DNA of 62,408 nucleotides from Perkinsus olseni (Eukaryota): NCBI GenBank assembly GCA_013115125.1, contig JABANN010000144.1, positions 1 to 62,408 of the forward strand, read 5' to 3'. Shown piece by piece: positions 36,953 to 51,200 of this stretch (position 1 is its first letter; each line of letters starts with the position of its first letter). The notes under the pieces were generated by a model. It saw only the letters and a program-made list of their open reading frames with translations, ran no database searches and was not told where the DNA came from. The position numbers and the translations under genes were made by a program.

Positions 36953-38628
36953 ATGAACCCTTTCATCGTAGTCATGTAAATCGATCGCCGTTGAGTTCGG
37001 AAGACTCCCACTGTGGTCGGTGCAGGGGTTTTACGCCAACCTCTATCATGTACCCCACCCCTGGCATTCTTCCCTCGGCCAACACTCTTGGCCAGCAGCC
37101 CGTGCATGCCGGCCAAGGCTCTCTGGCTAAGCCTACCACTAAAGCAGCCCAGGATGCTTCTATGGAAAAAAGCTACACGAGGTAGAGCCTTATGCTTCCG
37201 CACTCTCACGGCCCTTGCCACTCTCTCTTCTCTCAGGGTATGGGTCGGAGGTCTGCCACGTAACACCTCCGTCGAGAACGTGAAGGATGAACTGCAGCGG
37301 ATATTCTCACAATATGGACAAGTCTCGGACATCTGCGTCATTACCACGGCGAGAGATGTAAGGCCTTCGCAGTCTCCCTTCACCACCAGCATCGGCTCCC
37401 CCTCAGGTCATGGCCTTCATCCAGTATGGTGTGGAGTCGGATGCGTCTAGAGCTCAGGATGAGATCAATGGCACCTACATCTTGGGGTCACGCGTGAAGG
37501 TAGGTCCTCGCAGGCATGGACGGCGTGGATGTATACTGTCCGAGACCGCCGAGAGTTGAGCCTTGATCAGGTCAACTACGCTGTTATTAGGGGTTCGGCA
37601 GGGGCTCCACAGGGTCCGGGGGCGATACAGCAAGAGAAGGACGCGAAGAGGAAGAGACGCCGGTAAAGCGCATTCTGGGACCTATTTTGTTTTTGCCATG
37701 GGTGTCTGCAAGATACCATGGTGTTCTTGCATTTAGAGCTGCTGTTTTTGCGCAGGATACCCCGTGAAGGATCGGTTTTCGAGGTTATCGTAGTGGGCTT
37801 CCCCCAAGACATAACAGAGGGAGAGCTGACGAAGATCGGAGAGCAGTACCAAAGTAACAAGGCGACGTCCACCTAGCTCCCTCGTAGCTGCGCTCACGCC
37901 TTCCGCAGCACTTGGCAACTCTCCTTGGATGGACCATTGACTCGCCTATCATTCTGCTCGACGGATTTTCATCCTTTCCTGGGGCGTTCAATCGCTGAAG
38001 GTGTCGGAATGACGGAGTCACCGCTGCCTCAATCGCGTGTTTCCGGACTATCGCCACTCACCTTCAGGTCGCGATGTTGAGAGCCTCCAGCTCGTATCGA
38101 AGTGGTCGGATGGTGATGACGAGAAGTACGTGTTTTTACGCATAGTCTGCTCCTACCGGATTCATCCCATGTTTCAGGAACGGCCAGTCGTCCTCTTCCT
38201 CGACGTGCTTCTGCCTGCTGTCCTACTCGGTACGGCGTGATGCGGTACGGTGTCGCCGAGAGCTGGACGGTGCTTACTTTGATGGTGGTAGTGGCAGTAA
38301 GAAGGATCGATACAGGTAAGTACCATCCCGCACTCAATCCAACTTTCGCCGATTATTGGGAGCCATACCTCATTTTTCCGACTCTCCGACCGTCGGCCCA
38401 GCGCCTCCTCCTGTGCTAGGCTTTCCGCATACACCTTACGCCAGTACAACGCCAAATATGCAGACCAAGACCGCGGTGGCCGATCACGTAGTCGAGAGAG
38501 GTGAGGATCGTCGCATTGCTGGTTCGTTTGCGGAGTTGCTTTCTCTCAGCTCGGCGAGTCGAGAGTCTGGCGGGTCGCGGAGTAGAAGCAGGAGCCGACA
38601 TAGACGAGGTCGTGGTGGTCGCTACTGA
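36953..38628 (+). CDS. RRM RNA-binding protein with RS/RG tail, spliced; start uncertain
   Basis: RNP2 VWVGGLP, IFSQYGQV, MAFIQY, INGTYILGSRVK|VNYA; ends RSRSRSRHRRGRGGRY*. Confidence 0.7.
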
Positions 38629-38802
38629 GCGTTGTTTGGTTCTCTGTTGATCGCTATGTTGTGCTCGAGTGCCTCACTGACTCTGACTCAGCCGAGGAAG
38701 TAGGAGGGACCAATTGATAGGGTCGTCAGAGTCAGAACTTTTCCTGGAAGTTCGAGTGGCTAACGTAAGGGAAGTTGAGTTTTAGGGCAGGTCTTTGAGG
38801 TA

Positions 38803-41721
38803 ATGGCGGCATTATCCATTCCAGTGAAGAGAAATAAGGCGACCCCTTTACCCCGGGGTCTGCTCTTCATATGCTGTTACCTCACGGGGAAGGTCTTCCA
38901 CGTGGCTTTCTCGTTCATACCAAATCTACTCACTCGATTGGTGCCTCGTGCCGACTCCTTCCTGGCCATTGGTATGCTCTATGTCTTCATCCAGGCTATG
39001 GGTATGCTCGGCGGATTGGTCGTCCTCGCCCTCTCCGGTATAGTATCCCAGTTTATAGTCTGGTTTAACTACGTCTTCGCCGGCAACACAGTGACTTGGT
39101 ACGATCTCTTTGCATCCACTACGACCTGCTACGTCTTCTACGCCGTCATCAGATGCTCTTGGTTCCTCGGTGTGAGCCTCTGGGAGATCGGCTGGCAGTC
39201 CTACGCCGAGTATCCCACTCTGAGGGACCTGCTGGCCCCGCCGGAGCCGCTAGAGCCCTCATCGCCGCGACCGGACGGCCAAAACTCTCCTGCGCGTGAA
39301 GTGGTTCCGTCGCCGATGTCGCCTCGAAGGTCCGTTTCCGTCCCCGGAAGTGCGAAGGCTCGCCGCATCGATAGGCAGGCTAAGATGCTACTCTACGGCC
39401 CTATTATGGTGCTCGTGATCGTTATGGCGATGTTTGGTCTTATCCCGCTCCTGTGTGACCTGGGTATTTGGTGTCTCCGTGTCGATTGGTTGCAAGGCTT
39501 AGCAGATGCCTCCAGTCGGCTAAACCGAATGTGTCGATTCTCCTTACTCATCGGCCTCTTCCAATGGACGCAACAATTCCAGTTTATATTCCCTCGTTGG
39601 TATCGTGCCGCTGGTGTCGGTGCGGCTAAGAGTTGGAGATCCACTCTCATCATGTGGGCTGGTTACTGCATCCTCGGCCCGGTGTCGGTGGCACGATTGT
39701 TGCAGTGGGCTCTCTTTCCCCTCTTCGGCCTCAATGCTGCCGGAAGGACTTCTGTTTATAACTTCATAGTACCCCAACTTATCACCGAAGGCGTGTCGGC
39801 TGAGACCATGGACGGCATCCTCATCCTCCTGTGGATGCTACAGCTACTCTACGCCTCCCATATAGTCGTTAAGGAGATCAATTTATCGGACTGGCAAAAG
39901 GACGCTTTCTACGATGACTCGATGTGGCTTGAGAATACTATACAGTTCAAGTGTATGTTCCTCGTACCAATGTTGCTGCTCTTCTCCAGAGGCTTTGCCA
40001 GCCCCGCCATGGGGTTCACATACGCTCAGAACGATCTAATAGTACTCACATTAGTCTACCCTGCATTACTGGTCCTCGTCTGGTGGTGTACTTATGCTTA
40101 TATCTCCCTACGCCACGTGAAGCTGCCACGCTTCATGGTCGCTGCTACCCTCACGTACTTCGTCTCTGGCACGATTTGTGAAATCGCAGGCATCCCAGCC
40201 GGAGGTGCACGCCTCATCGTGTGGGCCCATCTCATGCGCCAGCTCATCAAGAGAGCATCAATTCCGTTACTAACTGCCTCGAATTCTGCGAGCTCGAAAA
40301 CTTCCCTGCGACAAACGCACGGGATGGAGCGGTCGTGGTGCGTCCTTCTTATGCGCGTCTCGCTTGGCCTGGTCGGCCTCTTCCTCGGCGTGAGGTTGGC
40401 CTTCGGAGTACTCGCCTCGATACAAGAGAATCAGAGGCTGTATCCGCAAGTTCCCTTCATTCAAATGGACAAGGCTTCAGCTTCTAGTGTGACGGTTGAC
40501 CATGCCATCATGAGCTCAAGTTTCGCGAGAGATGCCTCCCTGGGCCATGGTCCTCGCAACATAGCGCGGTACGCCGTCTGCGACCAGGAGTTCTGGGGGC
40601 TGCATGTTACTGACTATGGTATGATGAGCTTGGCCGCATACTTCACCACAGTGGAAGACCAGCAGGCGGCCGTCGATGCATTCTTCCCGTCCCAGGGAAT
40701 GAGGGTCGTTCCTGCCGTTGAGGGCGAAGACCAGTTTTGGGTGGAGATCCAGGTTGGCGAGAACCTCACGGTCATAGCCGTTAAAGGGACGGATTTCTGG
40801 CGTGCTAGCGATTATAATGAGGATATACGGATGTGGACGGAGCCAGTGGTGACGTCCCTCCTGAGTACTGTCTTCCCGACAGTTAAGATCTGGTCACCTG
40901 GTACGACCGCTATGGTATTGGACGCAGAACAAGAGATACTCTCGGCCATGGGCATACCTCGGCCAGACTATAAGCTCACCAGAGTGAGTTAGCTGTTACA
41001 GTTGATATGGTCCATAGCCCGATTGCAACTTCCTTTGACGTTCATCATTCATCTTTAGGTCATCGACTACGTGGAGGCATCTGCGGACCGGCTAGCATCT
41101 CGCGAAGTCGTGTTCACTGGCCACTCCCTCGGCGGTGGAATCGCCCTGGCCGCCGCTGCCTTGGTGAATAAACCAGTCGTCGCGTTCTCCCCACCTGGGA
41201 TGTATCAATCTATCAGCAAACACCTCTATCGCTATGCACCCGATAGACGACAGGCCTTCCAGGTGGGTCACAAACATCCAGTATCATGTGTCACCTCGCG
41301 TTCGCTGGAACCGTGGTGAACTCACGTCATTCAGGCCACACACAACCAGTCCGTGACTATTATAGGAGAGAACGATGTGGTTTCCCATATCTTCGATACT
41401 CATGCAGGCTTGGTCCAAACCATAACGTGCAGCACTGAGCACCTTGCCATGGTCGGCTGCCACATGCTTGAGAATACTGTCTGTAACCTCATACGGCACT
41501 GTAAAGGAAGCCGCAGCCGCCACGGTTTCGACTCTTGTCGCTTCGATTACGACTCTAAGATCATCATGGCCAGCGTGGCTCGGATGTTGGACGTCCCCTA
41601 CGTGGGCTCAACATCTGTGGACATGCGCACCATTCTCGAATCCTCGCGCTACTACGTTTTTGCATTGGTACTAGTATTATTTGTTACATTACTCTTGGCC
41701 TCGTTCGAATGGCTGCCTTAG
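38803..41721 (+). CDS. Polytopic membrane protein with C-terminal class-3 lipase domain, copy 1 (3 exons)
   Basis: Long hydrophobic N-terminal region, VIAVKGT, VFTGHSLGG nucleophile elbow, ENDVV, GCHML, C-terminal TM. Confidence 0.85.
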
Positions 41722-41857
41722 CCCGCATCATGTTCGTCGTATCATTGGGTTTGAAAAAGGCTCAGCGACCATCGGTGTTGCGTTCCAGAGTTGGCGCGGT
41801 TTCTATTATTTTGGCAACGAAGAGGACATTGCGTGCCCCTCCCTCGAGCAGTTCAGA

Positions 41858-44759
41858 ATGTCCACTCATTCCCGGCACACCGAGGGCTCAAAACCCGCAC
41901 GGTGCAGCTCACATCCACGTGGTCTGCTGTTCATATGCTGTTACCTAACGGGGAAGGTCTTCCATGTGGCTTTCTCGTTCATACCAACTCTACTTACCCG
42001 ATTGGTCCCTCGTGCCGACTCCTTCCTGGCCATTGGTATGCTCTATGTCTTCATCCAGGCTATGGGCATGCTCGGTGGGTTGGTCGTCCTCGCCCTCTCC
42101 GGTATAGTATCCCAGTTCATAGCGTGGTTTAACTACGTTTTCACTGGCAATGAGGTGACCTGGTCCGATCTTGCAATTGCCACTACTAAGTGCTACGTCT
42201 TCTACGCGATTATCCGATGCTCATGGTTCCTGGGTTTGAGCCTGTGGGACATCGGTTGGCAGTCCTACGCCGAATATCCCAACGTTAGGGACCTGCTAGC
42301 CCCACCGGTAGCACCGACTGAGGCTTCTCCGCGCTCTTCCGGAAGCAACCCCGTCTTCACTGGCGTGCCTAAGCAACCACGCTCTCCACGAAGGGCGACT
42401 GTGCCAGGTAAAGAAGAGATTCGCAGGAACAGACAAGCCAAGATGATGCTATACGGGACTCTCATGGTGCTTGTCGTTACGACAGCGATCGTCACTCTTA
42501 TCCCGCTCCTGTGTGACCTGGGTATTTGGTGTCTCCGTGTCGATTGGTTGCAAGGCTTAGCAGATGCCTCCAGTCGGCTAAACCGAATGTGTCGATTCTC
42601 CTTACTCATCGGCCTCTTCCAATGGACGCAACAATTCCAGTTTATATTCCCTCGTTGGTATCGTGCCGCTGGTGTCGGTGCGGCTAAGAGTTGGAGATCC
42701 ACTCTCATCATGTGGGCTGGTTACTGCATCCTCGGCCCGGTGTCGGTGGCACGATTGTTGCAGTGGGCTCTCTTTCCCCTCTTCGGCCTCAATGCTGCCG
42801 GAAGGACTTCTGTTTATAACTTCATAGTACCCCAACTTATCACCGAAGGCGTGTCGGCTGAGACCATGGACGGCATCCTCATCCTCCTGTGGATGCTACA
42901 GCTACTCTACGCCTCCCATATAGTCGTTAAGGAGATCAATTTATCGGACTGGCAAAAGGACGCTTTCTACGATGACTCGATGTGGCTTGAGAATACTATA
43001 CAGTTCAAGTGTATGTTCCTCGTACCAATGTTGCTGCTCTTCTCCAGAGGCTTTGCCAGCCCCGCTATGGGGTTCACATACGCTCAGAACGATCTAATAG
43101 TTCTCACATTAGTCTACCCTGCATTATTGGTCCTCGTCTGGTGGTGTACTTATGCTTATATCTCTCTGAGGTATATAAAGTTCTACAGATTCGCCTTGTC
43201 TGCGTTTTTCACCTATGTGGTATCCGGAATAATCTGCCGAATAGCCCAAGTGTCGGCCAGCGGGGCTCGACTCGTTGTTTGGGCCCATCTCATACGCCAA
43301 CTCATTAAACGGGCATCTATACCGTTAATAACGGCGCCCCGTACGGGAAGGTCGAAGAGGAAGATACATGGTGTCGAGCGTGCCTGGTGTGTTCTGGTCT
43401 TGAGAGTCTTTCTCGGCATGCTGTGTCTGTTTTTGGCAGTGCGGCTAGGACTGGGTGTCCTCGCATGCGTGCAAAACGTTAAGGGACTATATCCTAGAGT
43501 GTCGTTCATCGCTGTTAATGAGTCACCGGATTATAACCAAGTAACTGTCGACCACGCTGTGATGAGCTCGAACTTCGCCCGGGACGATTCACTGAGCCAA
43601 GGGCCCCCGCAATATCTGGCTCGATACGCCATCTGTGACCAATATTTTGGCGGTCTGCATGTTACGGACTACGGCCTCATGACTCTAGCCGCCTACTTCA
43701 CTACCATAGAAGACCAGCAGGCTGCGATTGATGCATTCTTCCCTGGTCAAGGAATGAAGGTCATCCCCATTGATGAAGGCGATGACAGGTTCTGGGTGGA
43801 AATCCAAGTGGACGAGAAGCAGACGGTGATTGCGATCAAGGGGACAGATGTTCTCCGTGTCAGCGATTATAATGAGGATATACGGATGTGGACGGAGCCA
43901 GTGGTGACGTCCCTCCTCAGCACCGTCTACCCGACAGTCAAGATTTGGTCACCTGGTACGACTGCTATGGTATTGGATGCAGAACAAGAGATACTCTCCG
44001 CCATGGGCATTCCTCGGGCGGACTATAAGATAACTAAAGTGAGGCGTAGTGCGACGTGTAATGTTCTCGACGCATGCCAATATTGTTGTTTTCTCATTCA
44101 AGATCATCGACTACGTGAAGTTGTCCGCAGACCGGCTAGCATCTCGCGAAGTCGTGTTCACTGGCCACTCCCTCGGCGGTGGAATCGCCCTGGCCGCCGG
44201 TGCCTTGGTGAATAAACCAGTCGTCGCGTTCTCCCCACCTGGGATGTATCAATCGATCAGCAAACACCTCTATCGGTATGCACCCGATAGACGACAAGAT
44301 TTCCAGGTAAGACGGTCGCGCGCGTGAGATGCGCGAATACTATCGGAATCTATTCTCCTTCAGGCCACTCATAACCAGTCCGTGACCATTGTCAGCGAGA
44401 ACGATTTGGTATCGCATATTTTCGACACTCACGGCGGCCTGGTTCAGACAACTACATGCTCGACCGAAAGATTCGCTATGATCGGTTGCCACATGCTGGA
44501 AAATCAGATGTGCAACATGATCCGTCATTGTCCGGGATGCGCAACTCGACATGGCTTCAAATCTTGTACCTTCGAATACGACTCGAAGATTGTTCGAGCG
44601 GGGGTCGCCGAGGTTCTGGGTGCACCGTCTCTGAAAAGGGACCCTAGTGAAGTTCTACAGTCGGTTGTTTCTCATCGTTCCTATATCGTCCCGCTACTAC
44701 TATTAATGGCCCTCGCGGCATTATTGCTTGTTTCGTTCGAGTGGCTTCCCTTACTTTGA
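41858..44759 (+). CDS. Polytopic membrane protein with class-3 lipase domain, copy 2 (3 exons)
   Basis: Tandem paralog with the same motifs and intron positions. Confidence 0.85.
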
Positions 44760-46471
44760 GTGACAAATTTCAAAATACTTCGCCGATATTCGTACTGATT
44801 ACCAGATTGTCGTTGCGTTCAACAGGAGGGAGAATCTCTCCTTCTCCCTAGGAGAAAAGGTGCGACTAAGTCTTCGGGGGGTTCCCTCTCAAGTACGGTG
44901 GCCGTGCTGGCCGGTGATTCACCGGCGGTGAAGTTCCCTGAGCGGGAGATCGGGGAAGGATTCAGCGGTTGCTCACTTGCGGTATCAGTATCGAACCGGA
45001 AATGACATCTCGAAAATGTCAACTTCAGGGATAAAACCTTAGACTGAGGGGTGCTGCACGCAGTACTTCACCGTGGCACTATCCTTCGGGTGAGTGAGTG
45101 AGTGAGGTGGCTGGATCCAGGCCTGTAACCTTCCAGTAGGCGCTCCCGAACGGGCAATGGATCAAGATAACAGGCCCTCCTGTAACATCCCAGCAAAACA
45201 GCGTTAAGCTCTCTTTTCGAATACCATTAGTAATCGCATCGCGTTAGCGTATGCTGAGCCGCCCGGTTGATCATGCGCGCCGGAACAGAGTGCTGAAACA
45301 TGCGAACTGTCAGCTGAAGGTTTCTGATGGTGTCACTATGTCATCTACGCCCACACAGAAGGTGTGGGCTCAGGAAGGTCAAGCACCTCCGATAGGGCAA
45401 TTCCAACAGACAACAGTCCCCTAGAAGAAGCTGGAGTGTCATCCTCCCAGATGGTGAGTGACAGTAGAACAATGTTATCAAAGCCATTGGCGTTACACTT
45501 GTGAATAACATCGTTTGCCTCAGAACTGATGTGACATTCAAGCTGATGACCATATCCTTGGCAGGGGTTATGTAGCTGTCCTCCATATCACGGTCTCTAC
45601 TATTGAAGTAGTTGCGCAGCGAGAATTTCAGAGACAGTCGTGACGCGTACACCTCTGCGGCATTCTGTCAAGAGGACAGCGCCGCCTTATCTTGCGTGGC
45701 GCGAGTCCTTCCCTCACCGGCACACTCTCGATGCCCATGAACGATCTGCTACGTTACTGTAACGGCCGTAGGAAGTCAAGTGTACTCCTTCAGAATGAGT
45801 CCTTCTGTTATCATCGAATAAGCGAGTCGCGCTATTCTAGCGACGAGGTCAAACCTAATAGGTAGACAGTCAATCACGTACGCGAGCGTCACCCGCTACT
45901 CCTGCATGGCGGGGACGTTGGTCCAACCGTTGGACTCCAACGGACCCTCTGGCCCTGTAACTCAGGAGCTGCTCCTTGAGGAAGGAACGGTAAGGACCCC
46001 TTCCTTTAAGGTATGCCTTAAAGAGCAACTCCTAAGTTATAGGGCCAGTGTCTCGTCTCGACCACAGCGGAGCGAAGCGCATCATCGCGAGCCGTCAGGC
46101 AGATGCAGCTTGCTCTCCCCTCATACGTGTCACGATGAGATTGCCTCTTCGGGTCGTCTTAATATCATTGGGCAGTCTGATAAGCTGCTAGAGCGACTCC
46201 AGAGGTTAACTAATCTCCTCTTCTTAGTTACAAAATGAGTACACCATGGCACTACTGCAACGAAGATCACAGGAATTACAGTGTAGTAGACATTCAGTTG
46301 GGTACACTGGTGACACGAGCCACTTTAAATGGCGCGTCGAATACTCATTGATACCCGGTTATGCTAGCTTAGAGCTGCTTCTTACGGGTGCCTAGTACCG
46401 CGGCAGCTCACCAGTGGCGGGGGTATATGGTGGTTTCATTATTCGTTTTTGGTCTAATCTCTCCGTATACA

Positions 46472-46687
46472 ATGTTTAACATCTTCAGCCCTACCCTCCT
46501 GGCTCTCTGCGTGGCCCTAAACCAGATGCTTGTGAGCGCCTTCTATGATGGCGATGAGCCCGTCACAACTACGGCCCCGCCTTTCCACCCTGCGGTGTGT
46601 GTTTTTTCGAGTTGCCCGAACTCGCAATGTAACATGGAAACGAAGCTATGTCTCCAAGATCCCCTTCTCCCTTGCTTCTGTACATAA
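46472..46687 (+). CDS. Small secreted Cys-rich protein (first exon or whole gene)
   Basis: MFNIFSPTLLALCVALNQMLVSA signal, TTTAPP linker, clustered Cys. Confidence 0.4.
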   Translation: MFNIFSPTLLALCVALNQMLVSAFYDGDEPVTTTAPPFHPAVCVFSSCPNSQCNMETKLCLQDPLLPCFCT

Positions 46688-48239
46688 TGCCACTTCCTGT
46701 ACTCGCTATCGTACCAGTTTCCGAAGGTTTTCCTCTCATACGTGGTCTGAGTATCCGGTGATGTTTCAATCCCTCCTGTGAAAATTGGTCCCGCCCACTC
46801 CGTGCACATTGGTGAAAATCATCAGTTCTTTTGTATTCATTGTGGAGTATCAGAGCTCTCCACGAGTCGCTGTTCTTCATAATCACCAGTCGCTATCAAA
46901 ATTTTTGAACTTACTTTCATCAAACCGACCCACTGCCCTCACTGTGTCTAGTTTATGGCCAATACGCAGCAATCATGAATCTTAAATGCCGCGTTGCAGC
47001 TAGATGAGAACTGCGGCGTGCCTCCTCGTTTCATTTGCCTGTGACTGCAGTCACAGGCGCGTGGGGATTATGAGCTTCGGTGTGTATAGATTGCTGGATG
47101 GAACAACCTGTGACGAGCCCTTCGTCGATGATGGGCCATCATTGCCCATTATTCGGCCGAGACGGCTACAAGCCCTGTTTCCGTGGCTGGAATACGGTAC
47201 ATGCCGCCTGCTGCTCGGGTTTACTCTACGCGATGAGTTGGTGGCAAGATATAAATGAACGATTAATGCGTTTATCGGCGCATGAGGACCTCTCTAGGAT
47301 TCTCAATTATTATCTACCTCCGGACTATCCCTAAAAGGGCTTCTTAAGAATTCGCTCTCCTCGCCGCTTCATTAAGCCTCCTCGATAGAAGGCGGAGTTT
47401 GGCGAGAGTCACGGGTGCCAACAGTAAGCCTCGGAGATCTATTCGGGGGTCTTCCATGAGACTCTCGTGATGAGAGTGGCGACAGTCAGTCCAAGACTTA
47501 GTTTCGGTGGTGTCGGACTCTCTCCTACACTGCCAGTTGCGTCAACAAAACAGCCCAAGAGTGAAAAGGTTATCGATCATCCTTGCATATACTCATCATG
47601 GTCAGACGACACAGTGTGTCAATTGTTAGGCCTCTCTATCATACACTCATCCGAGGGTAAAGTTGCTGCATCCTCCAGGCGGGGCCTGTACCTATAGCGA
47701 CAACGGCTGAGCATCTCTCATAGAACTCTCAACAGCATGCTCACTTTGGTAATTCTCCTATTAGTGATGTGGTTACCGCCATTCATGTTTGATTCCTTCG
47801 CGTAGGTGTTACTCGACAGAATGCTCTGGTCGGTGCATGGGCCCCCGGGAGGGATATCTATCAAGTTGAGACAGACAGGAACGGGCATGATCCACGTAAA
47901 ACGAGCCGTGGCCAGGAACCGTAGCGGGGCAACCGCCGCCAACGATTATTCATCCACGGGTTGGCCCCGACGTACTCGCATGTTTCGCCCCGAGCTCCTC
48001 GTCACCTCCGTGCATGGAGCCTAATGAAGGCCACAGTTTTTCCATATCAGAAGCCCTCTACGGGCCGACCAAGCTCACCTATGGAGAATGATCCTTTGCC
48101 ACCGGGAGGGGCATGCACTTTCGTAATCGGCCTCCCAGTGATGGAATTTGGCCCGTTGGGGTCCGTCTTGGAGGCGAAACAGTTGGACGAGATCCTGGCC
48201 AAGGCGAGAACGTTCGAAACTAGAAGACCGTAAGTAGCC

Positions 48240-51200
48240 TTACCTCTGAGTGTTGTCCGGCGCCGCGGTTTGCTCATGGGACAAGTTGAGCGAAGAAGCC
48301 CCACCTAGAGGGGAGGAGGATCAACAGAATCGGTATCTTTCACCTCACCCGGTGCATGATTGACCCGGGTGCTGCTCCGCTTGCTCATGGCCGAACCTTA
48401 CAACAGCGAAAGCGTCCTCTCTAGCCGTAACGATACCGACTAACCTTCCTGACAGAGGAGATGGCCAGCTGGGGCAGTTGGCTTGGGCTCTTCCACGGCG
48501 AAAGGGCAAGATTGGGTCGGCATTATATTGCAGAGTGAGGAGGACAGAAGCCTTGTTATATATCCCTATATCGAGTTATGGACCTCGAAGAGCATTCCCG
48601 GCGAGTGAAAGCCAACGCTGATTGACAGATCGTGTAAACACTGGGCAACGCTCTCTAAGGGTAAGGAGAAACGTCATTTTCAATATTTGCAGTACTGGAA
48701 GAATGGACAGTAGTAAACGTTAGGCCAACAGCGTGATTGCGGCACTCAGTCACTGGCGGTGGATTTGCCGGCAGAAACGCTTTTGAGGAGCTGCTGGTCG
48801 CCTCCCTGCTCCCCCACGACCACCACTCTACTCTCCGCCTTGCCCTTGTTCTTCAGCATTCCCTTCAGACCATGAGCCACTTGCTTCCGACTCACACCAG
48901 TAGCCTGCTTCGTCTGGATAGTCAATTCTATCCAGCCCTTCACGCCGTCATCGTCTTGGGTGAAGGCACAGAGCATCTTCGTAGCCTCGAAGAGGGGAGG
49001 GCAGAGGAAGAGGTTCTCCACCGTTGCCGGGGATCCCGCTACGTCACATTGCCGACGGAAGAGCTCAGAGAGGACAAGGTATCCCGTGGTCCCCAGCTTA
49101 ACGACGCCATCTAGCAAAGGCATTTGTTTCCGCGCTGGGTCTCCGACGAGGTCAGTGAGAGCACCATCTCCACCGAGATACGCCGACTGTGGTAAAGCAA
49201 TCAGATTCTCTAGGGCGGGACGGAGGAAGCAGTCGACTAGAGAGAGACAAAAGTTCTGCCGAGTATCGAGGGAGTCGGGAAGAGCCGACCAACAGCGACT
49301 GACGGTGGCGTTCATAAGGGAGAGGACCGAGAGGGTGAGATGAGGGATGGGCAGCAGACTGGACAGCGCCGTGAGGAGGGACCTAGCCAAGAGACAGTGG
49401 TCCATCAGCGGCCATTGGAGAGGAGATCTACTTAATGAGTTGACGGTCGTTCATGTAGGCCACGACGTCATTATCACCGCCATCCTTATCCTCCTCCTCA
49501 TCGTCATCAGAGTCTATCATGTCCAGCCCGGCAAAGTGGTTCCGGTTGCGCAACTGGCGCTTCGTGAGAGTCTTCCGATCGGCCGGTAGCGAAGACGTCC
49601 TACAGAAACCCATGACACTCGACCAGGACAGCTACTCCACGTACTTGGCAGCATCAGCAGCAGACAGCCTGAGGTCCACTCCAGCATCGACCTGCGGTAG
49701 CTTGAGGAGCTCCCTGATGGCGTCTAGGACAGTCTTGCCGCATCTGGCTATGGCGGAGTAGAAAAGCAAGCTGGTATTGCCGGCCTTGTCTCCTTGCGGT
49801 GCGCCCTTCTCATACACTTTCCGAAGGGCCTAAGACCGGTAATGGGCAGATAGGTGTCAACTGAACTTACCGAAGGAACGTTCGAGTAGAGTACGGTAGA
49901 GGCCTCCACTAGAGGGCCACTGGAGGCGTCCCGTAGGCCAGGCTGGATGGCGCAGCGCAGGAGCTGAAAGAATTCGACGTTATCACGTACTCTCGACGTT
50001 CCGAACCACAGCAGGCACAGAGATACCGACACCATTTCTGGTGAGCATGGGACTTACGAGCTCCAGGTGGTTGGGTGATGTCCTGCCCGACTGAGCCGCG
50101 CTCACTGCTGCCCCGACCAACTCGATAAGACGGCACTTGAGTGTGGGTACCTTATCAATCTAGGTACGAGAATTGCCGACCTATGACTACCTACCCTTCG
50201 CCACACCCTCGCCAATGCTCCGAGCGTCCGATAGACGTTGCAGCGCAGCTGGTACAGCTGCCTTCGAGACTTGTCGGTGCAGCCAGGGGTTCCAGTGGGG
50301 ATGGGGAACATAGCCTCGACACTGCAGGGGGGCTTGTGACCTACGCAGGGGGAGGGGGTGGTTCATATGAGGCGAGTGATGGATGGTATACCCATTATGG
50401 AGGTCCACTCGTCGTGGCTCATATCCACTAGCTGGTCCTCAGCCGCACTGCTCGCTCGACGTTCAGCTTGGGGAATCCACCAGGAGCCCTACAAAAGAAA
50501 GCATAAAAACAGCCCTCCCAGGGATCGAACCGGAGACCTTGCGAGTGAGAGGAGACTTACTGAACATCTGTTGTGTAGAAGCGTCATCCACTTCATCACA
50601 GGAGGAGTGATGGAGTTGGCGAATTCCACCAACACCTGTCCAAACGCTCATTCGACCCTACACCCCCCTAGCAGGTCTACCTGTTCTATCTCAGAGCACT
50701 CCCCCTTGCTGCCTTCCCGTCCCTCCGCGGCCTCGGATGCAGACAGGCAGCTGAGGCACATTGAGAGGAGCTTGATAACCTGGACACGATCAGAGGCATT
50801 CTATTTGCGATGGCACTGCTGCTGTCACCACCTTCCTCGATGCATCGTCGGGCGTCTCGATAGCAATGCACTCGAAACGGCAGCTTTCCTCAGTGATCTT
50901 GATGAGAGTGTTGGCCACCTCATCATAGATACACTTCGATTCTGCTGGTGACAGGCCGAGCAAAAGGAGCCCCTCCACGGCCCAGCTGCAGGATAGGACC
51001 CCATGGCTACGGCTGACCTGCAGTACCGGAGATCACAGGCCACTACGGCTGAGGGAACCTACCCCAGCGAGAGAGGCGATCAGCTGGCTCTTGTCGAGGG
51101 CCATCGCCGAAAGCTTCTTGCAAATTGACAGGATGGCATTCTGGGCGGTGGTCATAATGGAAACATTGAGAGAGCCATCGGGCGTGGTCGTAGGCCTCGA

